Below, piece after piece: positions 49,236 through 59,261 of a DNA stretch of 64,000 nucleotides (positions within the stretch are counted from its first letter, which is position 1; each line of letters begins with the position of its first letter). This DNA comes from an uncultured Alphaproteobacteria bacterium. Lineage in GTDB: Bacteria; Pseudomonadota; Alphaproteobacteria; Rs-D84. The position numbers and the translations under genes were made by a program. The stretch covers positions 21,280-85,279 of the forward strand of contig CALXOX010000003.1 of the NCBI GenBank assembly GCA_944390125.1, read 5' to 3'. Below the pieces are notes generated by a model that was not told the DNA's origin, made no database searches, and was given only the letters and a program-made list of their open reading frames with translations.

Positions 49236-49307
49236 ATTTGATAATAAATTTATTCTTGATTTTGTTACACATTGATATGTAATATGCAAATATAGAAAGG
49301 CATTATC

Positions 49308-49937
49308 TTGAAAAAAATATTGTTTAGTTTTTTTCTGGTTTGGGCATGTTTAAATACACATAGTGGTTTTGCTGCAGAGTTTGTTAGATGTATAGGCACA
49401 GCAGATTGTGCTGTTGGTATACAATGCCCAATTATAAATTTAGTTGGATGCGGATCTTTTACGACCCAATACTATAATAATATGGGGGTTTCAAGTTGTA
49501 CTACATGTCCAAGTGGTTTTAATAGAGTTTCTAAATCTATAACTGTTCCAGGGTGTTCAAACGCAATAACTTATTATGATTGTGAGCAGCCATGTATAGA
49601 ATGCCCAGACTGTGAAAGTGAAGATTGGAAGACGTATGTAACACCAAGTGGTGTAATTAGAATCGCGTATCAGAGAAAAGTTACTGCTACTTGTAATTAT
49701 GCTACGTGTGTTTGTTCTAAAAAATACCAATATCGTTGCAATGATGGGTATTATGGTAGGTCGATAAACGGTTTGACAGGATGTTCTCGTTGCCCAGCAA
49801 ATGGAAGTAATGGGTTGCTTACGTGGGGAAGTAGTGTCGCAGGAAATAACTTGTCTATAGCTGGTTGCTTTGTTGCAAGTGGCGGCGATGAGTCTGGAGA
49901 TTATATGTATTCACAGGATTGCTATTATAAAAGATAA
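49308..49937 (+). CDS. Cys-rich secreted protein, family-1 copy B (209 aa), TTG start
   Basis: TTG start at 49308 after a GAAAGG SD. About 75% identical to copy C across the core. Upstream motif ATATAGAAAGG is shared with copy C. Confidence 0.6.
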   Translation: MKKILFSFFLVWACLNTHSGFAAEFVRCIGTADCAVGIQCPIINLVGCGSFTTQYYNNMGVSSCTTCPSGFNRVSKSITVPGCSNAITYYDCEQPCIECPDCESEDWKTYVTPSGVIRIAYQRKVTATCNYATCVCSKKYQYRCNDGYYGRSINGLTGCSRCPANGSNGLLTWGSSVAGNNLSIAGCFVASGGDESGDYMYSQDCYYKR

Positions 49938-50039
49938 TCAGGCGTCTATTCTAGTTTGTTTTAATACTAACAATTTTTAACTTGACTTAATAATAGTGTA
50001 CTGTTTAACATATATAGAAAGGGACAAGAGGTTATTGCT

Positions 50040-50681
50040 GTGAAGAGAATATTTTTTTGTTTTTTGGTAATTTGTGTTTGTTATAATCCATGTAAATCCT
50101 TTGCGTCTTTTCAGGCTTGTGCGGGGGTGGCTTTCTGCTCTGCTGGTGTAAGGTGTCCAAATTTAAACGTTGTTGGATGCGCGAATTTTACAACTACGTA
50201 TTACAATGACATGGGCGTGTCCAGTTGTACTACATGTCCAAGTGGTTTTAATAAAGTTGCTAAATCTATAACAGTTCCTGGGTGTTCAAACGCAATACTT
50301 TATTATGATTGTGAGGCACCGTGCCTAGAGTGCCCAGATTGTGAAAGCACTGATTGGACTTCTACGGAGGCTCGTGGTGGTTATGAGAAGAAAGTTACAG
50401 CGATTTGTAATACGGCTTTGTGTGTATGTAGAAAAACAACTTCCTATAGATGTAAGCAAGGATTTTATGGCACGTCTAATTCATTGGGAACGTCTGGATG
50501 CACACAATGCCCACAGGTCGGGGTTGCAGATAACGGAAACTATTTGATATATGTAACTGGTGAAACTCCTGCTGCCGGGAATGGGTATTCTATAACAGAT
50601 TGTTATGCACCAAATACTTACGAATATATAGGAACCGGCGGAAACTGGGTCTTTACAGAAAATTGTTATTATACAGAATAA
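50040..50681 (+). CDS. Cys-rich secreted protein, family-1 copy C (213 aa), GTG start
   Basis: GTG start at 50040 after an AGAAAGGGA SD. Conserved Cys scaffold. C-terminal DCYAPNTYEY...NCYYTE matches copy A. Confidence 0.6.
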   Translation: MKRIFFCFLVICVCYNPCKSFASFQACAGVAFCSAGVRCPNLNVVGCANFTTTYYNDMGVSSCTTCPSGFNKVAKSITVPGCSNAILYYDCEAPCLECPDCESTDWTSTEARGGYEKKVTAICNTALCVCRKTTSYRCKQGFYGTSNSLGTSGCTQCPQVGVADNGNYLIYVTGETPAAGNGYSITDCYAPNTYEYIGTGGNWVFTENCYYTE

Positions 50682-50870
50682 CGTGTACTACGTTGTTTAC
50701 GGTGTTTCTTTGTGAGGAATAACATGTTTAGTCTTGATTTTAAAATGTAATACAGGATATTATGACTATAAAGATTCCACTGGTATATATGATTATTCAC
50801 AGGAATGTTGGTATTCAATGTAAAAGTTAAAATTTGTTATAAAAATAGCCCCCATTAGAGGGGGCTTCTT

Positions 50871-51473
50871 TTATAATCCAAATTTATATGCAGCGCTTAT
50901 GTAAAACTCTGTGCCATCGATTTCAGTTGAAGCATCGCCGATGTCTAGGTCTCCATAATTCTGATACTTTAAACCAAGGTTTAAGTCAACGCGATTATTT
51001 AATGCGAAGTTTACACCGATCATTGCAGACCAAGACATATCAGCGGTCTCATTTGATATATTGTGCAATCCGTCTATGTTTCCCCATATGCCAGAAACAC
51101 CGATGCCAAGGCCAATATATGGTTCAACTGCACCTTCTATTTGTTGATACACGTATACGTTCAGCATATTTGACCATATGTTAAATCCAAAATCTTTTCC
51201 ATATTTTTCCTGGTTTCCACCGTTATACAAGGTCTCAAATTCAATTTTTACGTGATTTGTCAGACGATTGCCTATATATAAACCAACCCCAAAACCATCA
51301 TCGCGAACGGTTGTTCCTGTATTTTCTTGTGTTTCTAATCTAAAGGCAATGTTGTCATTTTTATGTAACCGCATACCTACATAATTGTCGCGTTGGGTTG
51401 AATTGTAGTCATAGCCATTTGCAAATGCAGGCAGTGTCAATATAGACAATACTGCGGTTATTATTTTTTTCAT
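50871..51473 (-). CDS. Small outer-membrane beta-barrel protein (OmpW/opacity-like)
   Basis: Start trimmed to MKKIITAVLSILTLPAFA with an AAGGAAAGAGAG SD. Beta-strand pattern; ends ...AAYKFGL. Confidence 0.55.
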   Translation of the reverse strand: MKKIITAVLSILTLPAFANGYDYNSTQRDNYVGMRLHKNDNIAFRLETQENTGTTVRDDGFGVGLYIGNRLTNHVKIEFETLYNGGNQEKYGKDFGFNIWSNMLNVYVYQQIEGAVEPYIGLGIGVSGIWGNIDGLHNISNETADMSWSAMIGVNFALNNRVDLNLGLKYQNYGDLDIGDASTEIDGTEFYISAAYKFGL

Positions 51474-51574
51474 CTCTCTTTCCTTTTTAAGCACATTGGA
51501 CATTATAGGTTTAATTTATGGAATTTTGCAAGGCGTTTGTGATATAATTCTGGAGAGAATAAAAGGAAGGGCGC

Positions 51575-53353
51575 TTGTTTAGCAAAAATACGGATACACA
51601 CGTAAAAGTTTCTGTAGAGCAAAAAACTGGACCGTCACGGGCGTTGCGCCTATTTGTGTGGTGTGTAGATTTATTCTTGTTGGCTTTGGTGGCGGTGGCG
51701 ATATATGTTGTTATAATTTTCTTACAGATGCCTTCTTTGGATGCGATATTACATGAAACGCGCCCAGCTGCGATTGTGTTTTTAGATAAGGACGGGACAG
51801 AGATACGGTCTTCAAATCGAATAATGGGAACGCCTGTATCTGTAGAAACTTTACCGCCATATGTGTGGCAGGCAATAGTTGCGATTGAAGATAAAAGATT
51901 TTTTGAACATGGCCCTATTGATGTGCGTGGTATAACGCGAGCAATGTTGTCTAATTTGATACATGGGCGGTTGGCGGCTGGCGGTTCTTCAATTACGCAG
52001 CAAACGGCAAAGAACGTTTTTTTATCTAGGGAAAAGAAAATTTCTCGTAAAGTACAAGAGCTGATTTTGTCTTATTGGCTGGAGAACAGATTTGATAAGA
52101 ATCAAATTCTTGATTTATATATGAACCGAGTATCTTTAGTTGGTGGAATGCGCGGTATAGATGCGGCGGCGCGTGTAATGTTCCAAACCAGTGCAAATAA
52201 GTTGTCTATTGCACAGGCGGCACAAATTGCAGCAATGTTAAAGGCTCCGACGACATATAGCCCACTAATAAACCCAGATAAGAATATTGCGCGAGCACGT
52301 ATAATATTACAAGAGATGGTTCGACAAGGTTATATAACTTTAAATCAGGCTAGAATTGCGGCCAAAGAATTGGCACCTGCAACCCCTGCACCGAATACTA
52401 ACATATACAGATATTGGACGGATTTTGTATTAGATGAAGTAGAATCGACAATTGGAACGTTCGAATCAGATATGTACGTGTATACCACGCTGGATATGGA
52501 TTTACAAGAGCGAATTGCCGCGATTTTGCCGGAAAAGGTTGGGGGATATCAGGGTGCGTCAGTGGCTATGGAGACTGATGGCGCAGTACGTGCTATGGTC
52601 GGCGGAACAAATTATCAAGAAAGTCAATTTAATAGAGTGCTAGCTTTACGACAGCCAGGTAGTTCTTTTAAGCCAGTCGTGTATCTGGTTGCACTGGAAA
52701 ACGGAATGACGCCAGATTCTTACGTGAATGATTCGCCGTTTTCAATTGGTGATTATTCTCCGCAGAATTATAACAAACGTTATTATGGTGATATTACGTT
52801 GGCAACCGCATTTGCAAAGTCTGTAAATTCAGTGCCGTTGAAGTTGACAGAAGCATTTGGAATAGACAGCGTTTTAAATATGGCTGGTCGTTTGGGAGTT
52901 GGCAATACGTTGCGTAGGGAGTATTCTACAGTTCTGGGTGCATCAGAAATGTCCTTGCTGGATTTGACGACGATTTATGCAGTTATATGGAATGACGGGT
53001 TCTCAGTGCGACCTTATTCAATAACTAAAATTACAGATCCAAAAGGCAATATAATATATCAGCGTAATCCGTCTGAACCTTTGCGTATTTTGATGCCACA
53101 AACGGTGGAATATATGACAGATTTGTTGGCAGATGTGGTTAAAGTCGGTGGAACGGGGCACCGTGCGATGGCACCTGGTGTACTGGGTGGAAAAACAGGT
53201 ACCAGCAATGATAATCGTGATGCGTGGTTTGTGGGTGCTTGGCATGATTTAATAATTGGGGTTTGGATGGGAAATGATAATTTTACGTCCATGTCATCCA
53301 AGATAACTGGTGGTACAATACCAGCAGAGATTTTTCATGAAATTGTGAAATAG
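51575..53353 (+). CDS. Class A penicillin-binding protein (glycosyltransferase GT51 plus transpeptidase), short form
   Basis: GT51 motif EDKRFFEHGPIDVRGITRA. Transpeptidase motifs SSFKP (SxxK), SVNSV (SxN) and KTGTS (KTG). N-terminal TM anchor. Confidence 0.8.
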   Translation: MFSKNTDTHVKVSVEQKTGPSRALRLFVWCVDLFLLALVAVAIYVVIIFLQMPSLDAILHETRPAAIVFLDKDGTEIRSSNRIMGTPVSVETLPPYVWQAIVAIEDKRFFEHGPIDVRGITRAMLSNLIHGRLAAGGSSITQQTAKNVFLSREKKISRKVQELILSYWLENRFDKNQILDLYMNRVSLVGGMRGIDAAARVMFQTSANKLSIAQAAQIAAMLKAPTTYSPLINPDKNIARARIILQEMVRQGYITLNQARIAAKELAPATPAPNTNIYRYWTDFVLDEVESTIGTFESDMYVYTTLDMDLQERIAAILPEKVGGYQGASVAMETDGAVRAMVGGTNYQESQFNRVLALRQPGSSFKPVVYLVALENGMTPDSYVNDSPFSIGDYSPQNYNKRYYGDITLATAFAKSVNSVPLKLTEAFGIDSVLNMAGRLGVGNTLRREYSTVLGASEMSLLDLTTIYAVIWNDGFSVRPYSITKITDPKGNIIYQRNPSEPLRILMPQTVEYMTDLLADVVKVGGTGHRAMAPGVLGGKTGTSNDNRDAWFVGAWHDLIIGVWMGNDNFTSMSSKITGGTIPAEIFHEIVK

Positions 53354-53414
53354 GAATAAAATACCTGATAAAATCTGTTTTTATTGAATGCCGTTTTGTG
53401 ATATAATACGAAGC

Positions 53415-54395
53415 ATGAGAAGTAGGAACTTATTTTTATTACCTTTTTTGTCGTGCCTGTTTTTTGGTGCTGCAAATGCTAACTGGGAATATCAGGGTTA
53501 TTATGTTGGCGATGGCGCATATGAAGACGATGGAAGTCGTTTTATTGTGTCTGTGCGTGGTGGTGCTTCATTCGGAATGGGAAGCATCAAGAATGAAATT
53601 GGTGAACTAACACCTTTGTATTACATGAGCCCAGATGGCAGTACCATTATGTCTGAGTTGGGATATTACCAGTGTACAGATCGTGGGCAGTGTGAAGACT
53701 ACATCGCAGCCGGTTATGTGAATTTGGGCAGCTTGCCAGCAACCCAAGATTATGAATCTTTCGGTTTTGCCGCTGGTGCAAGTTTAGGTTGGACGTTGCC
53801 TTATACGCCACAATGGCGTTTAGAATTGGGGTGGGATCATATTGCGGAAAGTGAATATAATGCCTCACCGTTTATCGAGGGAGAAACGCCTTTGTTTGGT
53901 GGCAGTGTTTCCAATGCTACAGCAGTTATATCAAGTGGTGCGGTTCAGTCTAAGGTCGAAACTGATATCATCAGTGTAATGGCGTTTTATGATTTTTATG
54001 ACGGCCTACAAAAACCAATGCGTACAGCAATACCGTATGTTGGGTTTGGCGTTGGTTATGCCGATATAAAAACGACTTTGCAGTTATCTGACCCGTATGG
54101 TGATTTGTCTGGAATTTACGAATTGTTGCCTTACGGTGTCAAAGAGCAAGACGATTCCGTAATTCAGTTTTATCGTTCAGAACTTAGTTCTGGAAATATC
54201 GCAGGATTGTTGGCGTTAGGTGTTTCGTATGGTCTGACAGAAAATATGTTCTTTGATATTGGGGCTCGTGTTGCATATATACCTCGTATTCGTTGGGCGT
54301 TGAGTAATGAGGATGCAAGCCAACATCGTGATTGGTTTAGTGCAGAGAATGCAATATACGCTAATATTATGTTGAGTCTTAGATTCGAATTTTAA
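53415..54395 (+). CDS. Outer-membrane beta-barrel protein
   Basis: Start at the internal ATG (MRSRNLFLLPFLSCLFFGAANA signal peptide). C-terminus ...MLSLRFEF is a beta-barrel signature. Confidence 0.55.
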   Translation: MRSRNLFLLPFLSCLFFGAANANWEYQGYYVGDGAYEDDGSRFIVSVRGGASFGMGSIKNEIGELTPLYYMSPDGSTIMSELGYYQCTDRGQCEDYIAAGYVNLGSLPATQDYESFGFAAGASLGWTLPYTPQWRLELGWDHIAESEYNASPFIEGETPLFGGSVSNATAVISSGAVQSKVETDIISVMAFYDFYDGLQKPMRTAIPYVGFGVGYADIKTTLQLSDPYGDLSGIYELLPYGVKEQDDSVIQFYRSELSSGNIAGLLALGVSYGLTENMFFDIGARVAYIPRIRWALSNEDASQHRDWFSAENAIYANIMLSLRFEF

Positions 54396-54419
54396 AAAAG
54401 TCCGCAATTTGCGGATTTT

Positions 54420-55940
54420 TTATTTAACGCCATATTTCCCACGATTTATGGGTCTATATGATAAGGCCTCTGCTAAATCTGTCGTTTCTATGTTTGGTGA
54501 GCCGCGTAAATCAGCGATTGTTCTAGCAATTCGTTTAATCCGGTTATAGCCTCGCGCAGATAGTCCCATTTTTTCAGCGGCAGTATTCAAAAATTTAGTT
54601 AGTTCCTCTGATAAATGTGTAACAGATTCTAATTCTGAGCCGTCTAGCTGAGCATTTGGCTTGCCTTGACGTTCTATTTGTGTTTTTCTGGCGGCGATAA
54701 CGCGGGCTCGAATTTCTGCACTTGTTTCACGTGGTTCTTCGTCTTTACTGTTCATTTCCCAGGGGTTTACAGCATCCACATCAACATGTAAGTCAATTCT
54801 GTCTAACAATGGGCCAGATATCTTATTCTGGTATGCTTCAGCACATCTTGGGGCACGTGTACACGATAGGGCAGCGTTACCCAAATGTCCGCAGGGACAC
54901 GGGTTCATTGCTGCTATTAGTTGGAATCTTGCCGGATAAATTGCAGTACGTTTGGCGCGCGCAATCATGATTTTCCCAGCTTCCATAGGCTGACGTAATA
55001 TTTCCAATGTTGCGCGATTAAATTCTGGTAATTCATCTAAGAATAAAACGCCATTATGGGCCAAAGATATTTCGCCTGGACGGGCGTCTGTACCGCCACC
55101 TGCCAAAGATACTGCACTGGAAGTGTGGTGTACACTGCGGAATGGTCGTGTAGTGACAAGGTCTTTATCGCCAAGTTGACCCGCAATTGAATAAATTATG
55201 GATGTTTCAAGTATTTCTTCTGGGGTCATTTCTGGCAGGATTGTGGGTAACCGTGATGCCAGCATGGTTTTTCCAGAACCAGGAGGTCCAACCATCAACA
55301 TAGCGTGTCCCCCAGCGGCTGCAATTTCTAAAGCGCGTTTCGCGGCAGATTGTCCGTGAACTTCAGCCATGTCTAAGTTGGATGACTCGCTGTTATTTGA
55401 ACTGGCGACTTGTGGTACGGGTAAAATTTGTGTGCCTTTGAAATGATTTATCAATTCTAAAACATGAAATGGCGCCAAAATATTTGTGTGGCCGGCCCAT
55501 CGAGCTTCATGCCCTTGGTCACCTGGGCATATTATGCCAAGGTTATTTTGATTAGCCCAGACGCTGGCGGGTAGAACACCGCTAGTTTTTACTATTGTGC
55601 CGTTTAAGCCGATTTCGCCTATAATTATATATTTTTTTAGTTCTTCTTCGGGCAATACACCAATTGCGCATAGTATTCCGCATAAGATAGGTAAATCAAA
55701 ATGAGAGCCTGTTTTTTCTACGTCTGCTGGAGATAGATTTACTGTTAAACGTCTTGGAGGTAAAGATAAATTCAGTGCAGATAAAACATTTCGTATTCTT
55801 TCTGCGGATTCTTTAACTGCGCGGTCGGCTAATCCGATAATATTAAACTCTGGTTTTGCAAGACCGGAAGACAACTGAACTTGAACGTCAATCTGTGTTG
55901 CATCCATGCCGTTAAATATAATAGAATTCAAAGAGATCAT
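54420..55940 (-). CDS. yifB: YifB/ComM-family Mg-chelatase-like AAA+ ATPase
   Basis: Walker A GPPGSGKT, ChlI-like core and Cys-rich insertion (AMNPCPCGHLG). 506 aa. Confidence 0.85.
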   Translation of the reverse strand: MISLNSIIFNGMDATQIDVQVQLSSGLAKPEFNIIGLADRAVKESAERIRNVLSALNLSLPPRRLTVNLSPADVEKTGSHFDLPILCGILCAIGVLPEEELKKYIIIGEIGLNGTIVKTSGVLPASVWANQNNLGIICPGDQGHEARWAGHTNILAPFHVLELINHFKGTQILPVPQVASSNNSESSNLDMAEVHGQSAAKRALEIAAAGGHAMLMVGPPGSGKTMLASRLPTILPEMTPEEILETSIIYSIAGQLGDKDLVTTRPFRSVHHTSSAVSLAGGGTDARPGEISLAHNGVLFLDELPEFNRATLEILRQPMEAGKIMIARAKRTAIYPARFQLIAAMNPCPCGHLGNAALSCTRAPRCAEAYQNKISGPLLDRIDLHVDVDAVNPWEMNSKDEEPRETSAEIRARVIAARKTQIERQGKPNAQLDGSELESVTHLSEELTKFLNTAAEKMGLSARGYNRIKRIARTIADLRGSPNIETTDLAEALSYRPINRGKYGVK

Positions 55941-56011
55941 ATTGGCATATTAAAACTTGCGCTAAATCAATTCAAGTTATAAAATGGTGCGAACACAAAG
56001 GGTGAAAGGTT

Positions 56012-56899
56012 ATGCCACTAAAGAAAAAGACTAATGCTGCGCGTGATTGGTTTAATACAATATTTTATGGTGCGTTGATAGCAATTGCTTTCCGCAGTTT
56101 TTTGTTAGAGCCATTTAACATACCGTCAGGCTCAATGATACCAACCCTACATGTGGGGGATCATATATTTGTTGAAAAGTGGCCATATGGTTATTCTCGT
56201 TATTCTTTTCCGTTCGGTTCTTGGCATTTGTGGGACGGGCGCTTTTGGGGCGGCGAGCCAGAAGTTGGAGATGTAATTGTTTTTCGTAACCCCATAAATG
56301 AGTCACAAGATTATGTAAAGCGTTTAATAGGCAAACCTGGTGATACGATCCAGATGATGGAAGGCCGCTTGTATATAAATGGTGAAATGGTGGAACGGGC
56401 TAATCCGCGCCCATATGTAATTGCAACATTGCCAAAGGCTTTGCGTAGTGCCGGCTATCATATTCCAGAAAAGAATATGATGATAAAAGGTAATAAAATT
56501 TGGGTAGATAATAAGCCTGCAGAATTTAATTATACTATCGAGTATAAGGACGATAAATTCTGTCGAGCAAATAGTTGGGCTTGTGGGGTATTTGAAGGCA
56601 CAGAATATACAGAGACCTTGCCAAACGGTGTGCAGCATAGCATTGTTGAAATGACGGATGAGGGGCCATTGGATAATACTATGATGTTTACAGTTCCAGA
56701 AAATCATTATTTCTTTATGGGCGATAATCGTGATAATAGTGGTGATAGCCGCGCTGATATTGGTTATGTTCCACGAGATAATGTTTTGGGCCCAGTTTGG
56801 TTTATATGGTATTCGCATAATTACTATTCTTCAATGTTAGCTGTTTGGAATTGGGGAAATAAGATGCGCTGGGACAGATTTGGAATGGGGATAAATTAA
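56012..56899 (+). CDS. lepB: Signal peptidase I
   Basis: SGSMIPTL (catalytic Ser box), VKRLIGKPGD (Lys box) and GDNRDNSGDSR motifs. Confidence 0.9.
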   Translation: MPLKKKTNAARDWFNTIFYGALIAIAFRSFLLEPFNIPSGSMIPTLHVGDHIFVEKWPYGYSRYSFPFGSWHLWDGRFWGGEPEVGDVIVFRNPINESQDYVKRLIGKPGDTIQMMEGRLYINGEMVERANPRPYVIATLPKALRSAGYHIPEKNMMIKGNKIWVDNKPAEFNYTIEYKDDKFCRANSWACGVFEGTEYTETLPNGVQHSIVEMTDEGPLDNTMMFTVPENHYFFMGDNRDNSGDSRADIGYVPRDNVLGPVWFIWYSHNYYSSMLAVWNWGNKMRWDRFGMGIN

Positions 56900-56900
56900 A

Positions 56901-57533
56901 TTGGCAAAGTTAAATTACACTTTTAAGAATCCAAAATTATTAGAGTTGGCGCTGACTCAAAGTGGTGCGGACGCTGAACATAATAATGAACGTTTAGAAT
57001 TTATTGGTGACAGAGTCTTGGGATTGTCTGTCGCGGTTCTGTTGTACGAAATGTTTCCGAATGAACATGAAGGAGAATTAGCGCGTCGACATGCAGTATT
57101 GGTTTCAACGGAAACGTTGGCTCAGGTTGCACATAGTTTGGAAATTGACAAGCATGTTCGTCATGGCCATATGACAGCTGGGCGCAGTCAGCATATGTAC
57201 GCTGATGCGATGGAAGCTGTATTGGGGGCGATATTCTTAGATGGTGGTTTTGAAGCTGCGCGTAAGTTGATAGTTGATAATTGGCATGAATTGGCTGCTG
57301 CAGATATCAAAGCACCAAAAGATGCCAAAACGGCGCTGCAAGAATTGGTTCAGAAGTCAGATTCTGGTGCTTTACCTTTGTATGAATATTTGGAACCAAC
57401 GGGTGCGTCGCATAAGCCCGTATTTAATGTTCGTGTATCTGCAATGGGACATACTGCGAACGGCAGTGGTGCGTCAAAGAAGGCGGCAAGTATTGCAGCG
57501 GCTGAAGAGTTATTGAAAATTCTTGCAATTTAA
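56901..57533 (+). CDS. rnc: Ribonuclease III
   Basis: ERLEFIGDRVLG RNase III signature with a C-terminal dsRBD. Starts 2 nt after the lepB stop. Confidence 0.9.
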   Translation: MAKLNYTFKNPKLLELALTQSGADAEHNNERLEFIGDRVLGLSVAVLLYEMFPNEHEGELARRHAVLVSTETLAQVAHSLEIDKHVRHGHMTAGRSQHMYADAMEAVLGAIFLDGGFEAARKLIVDNWHELAAADIKAPKDAKTALQELVQKSDSGALPLYEYLEPTGASHKPVFNVRVSAMGHTANGSGASKKAASIAAAEELLKILAI

Positions 57534-57574
57534 GGAAAGCACATATAAAATTAGCGCAAAGTAAAGGATAAAAT

Positions 57575-57931
57575 ATGTTCACTATATTACTAGTTTTGTT
57601 GATAATAGTTGCCATTCTGATGATAGGTATCATTTTGTTGCAGAAATCTGAAGGCAGCGGTATGTCTGGTTCTTCTGCGGCATCTATGTTTGGTGGTGCT
57701 TTGACTGGTGCGGCGGCTGGTAATTTCTTGACTCGTGCAACCGCTTGGTTGGCTACGATATTCTTTGTATTGTGTGCGCTATTGGCATTGGTTTCTTCAA
57801 AGTCAGATATGGCGCGTCAACAAAGCGATTTGCGTCAAGAGTTGGTAGAGCAGGGTAATGCGCCAGTTCAGTCTGCGATACCTGGGGCAGTTGAAACAGA
57901 AAGCGTACCAAGCGTTCCAGAAACAAAATAA
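57575..57931 (+). CDS. secG: Preprotein translocase subunit SecG
   Basis: Two TM segments with LLQKSEGSG, typical of SecG. 118 aa. Confidence 0.7.
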   Translation: MFTILLVLLIIVAILMIGIILLQKSEGSGMSGSSAASMFGGALTGAAAGNFLTRATAWLATIFFVLCALLALVSSKSDMARQQSDLRQELVEQGNAPVQSAIPGAVETESVPSVPETK

Positions 57932-57960
57932 TAAAAAAACCGCCGAAATGGCGGTTTTAA
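57932..57960. terminator. Bidirectional intrinsic terminator
   Basis: ACCGCC-GAAAT-GGCGGT hairpin with flanking A and T runs, between secG and the convergent small gene. Confidence 0.6.
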
Positions 57961-57965
57961 TTTAA

Positions 57966-58238
57966 CTATTTCTTTTTAGATGTTTTCTTTTTAGCGGCTT
58001 TTTTTACGGGTGCCTTTTTTTCTGCTGCGGCAACCGTCTTTTTACCACCGAATTCTTTTTTGAATTCTTTGTACAACATGACGATGCAAGTATATCCGAC
58101 AACAGCGCTGAAAGCAGTTATTAAACCGTAAATCAAACCATCTGAGAAAAATGCAAAGAATATAATCGCAATGATTAAAACGATTGTATATCCCAGATTT
58201 TTACCGAAAACGCCCAAAATTTTATCAAAATTGTTCAT
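57966..58238 (-). CDS. Small membrane protein with Lys/Ala-rich C-terminal tail
   Basis: Two TM segments followed by GGKKTVAAAEKKAPVKKAAKKKTSKKK. Confidence 0.45.
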   Translation of the reverse strand: MNNFDKILGVFGKNLGYTIVLIIAIIFFAFFSDGLIYGLITAFSAVVGYTCIVMLYKEFKKEFGGKKTVAAAEKKAPVKKAAKKKTSKKK

Positions 58239-58345
58239 GTCTCTCCCTTTTACTTGGACGTCTGATTATATCATATTTAGCATAAAAAATCCATAAAAAA
58301 CGGTTGCATATTTGCAACCGTCACAGGGAGAATTAAAACTTCGAC

Positions 58346-59119
58346 TTACAATATCACTTGACCACCGATACGTGCTGTGCCTGGTATTGGGCCAAAAGAA
58401 GATGTTGGTGTAACATAGATATTGCCAGTTACAGTAAATTCGCCAGCAAACTGCAACAAGCCCATGTCGCGTAAGAATAAGTCGCCTTCAATACGAATAC
58501 CGCAAGGTAAAACATATTTGCGCATATTCTGCAAGTATAAGTTTCCTTTTATAACTGCGCCAGGTTTCAACATTGTTGCGGCGCCACGGCTGTCAACGAT
58601 TACGTCTCCGTACATTACGTTGCGGACACGTGCTGTTTGTTTAATAGCTGTTGTGTCAGGTTTAACATGTGCAACTTCTATTGTTTTTTCTGTAAATTGA
58701 CGTTGACTATCGCGTTGCAAAGGTAAAGAAGAAACTTTTTGTGCGTTGCGATTGCGTACGATGCGTGGTGCAGATTTGTCTGATACACGTACCTGTTGTG
58801 AAATATCATTTTGGGCGATTATGACAACTGGTTTCTTGTTGCAACCAACAATATCCATAATCAGCATAGAAAATAAAACGATTATTGCGGATAGCAATGT
58901 AATGTTTACTAAACCTATTAAATCAATGCTGCTAACCCATTTCCAAAACATGCTCAGCCAACGACCAATTGTACGAAATGGCTTGCATATGATATCCCAA
59001 GCACGCTTCCAGAAAGAAGCTTTGTGCGCATTATTGCGGTTGTTCTTTTTAGCTGGTTTGCGTATGTTTTTACGTTCCATACGACGCGCAGCTAATTTCA
59101 TTTTCAATGCTTTAAACAT
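58346..59119 (-). CDS. Hypothetical membrane-anchored protein (basic N-terminus, C-terminal beta-helix-like repeats)
   Basis: N-terminus KLAARRMERKNIRKPAKK, one TM. C-terminus GDVIVDSRGAATM..GAVIKGNLYL...IRIEGDLFL...FTVTGNIYV is reminiscent of a bactofilin-type beta-helix. Uncertain. Confidence 0.4.
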   Translation of the reverse strand: MFKALKMKLAARRMERKNIRKPAKKNNRNNAHKASFWKRAWDIICKPFRTIGRWLSMFWKWVSSIDLIGLVNITLLSAIIVLFSMLIMDIVGCNKKPVVIIAQNDISQQVRVSDKSAPRIVRNRNAQKVSSLPLQRDSQRQFTEKTIEVAHVKPDTTAIKQTARVRNVMYGDVIVDSRGAATMLKPGAVIKGNLYLQNMRKYVLPCGIRIEGDLFLRDMGLLQFAGEFTVTGNIYVTPTSSFGPIPGTARIGGQVIL

Positions 59120-59261
59120 TTTCTCACCTTTGCTTTAGTTATTGCTAATATATTCCAAAAAATATATTTGTCAAGTATTTTGTCAATTATTTTTTGTCAA
59201 TTTAGTTTTTTTATTTGTTACGTTTGACTGTTTAAGGTGCAGGGTATAAAATTTACCTACG

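Noticed and set aside
48657-49289. 210-aa minus-strand ORF antisense to Cys-rich gene A
   Set aside because: It is a mirror ORF of the Cys-codon-rich plus-strand gene, giving an R/T/C-rich translation. The plus-strand gene has a signal peptide and paralogues, which supports the plus frame.
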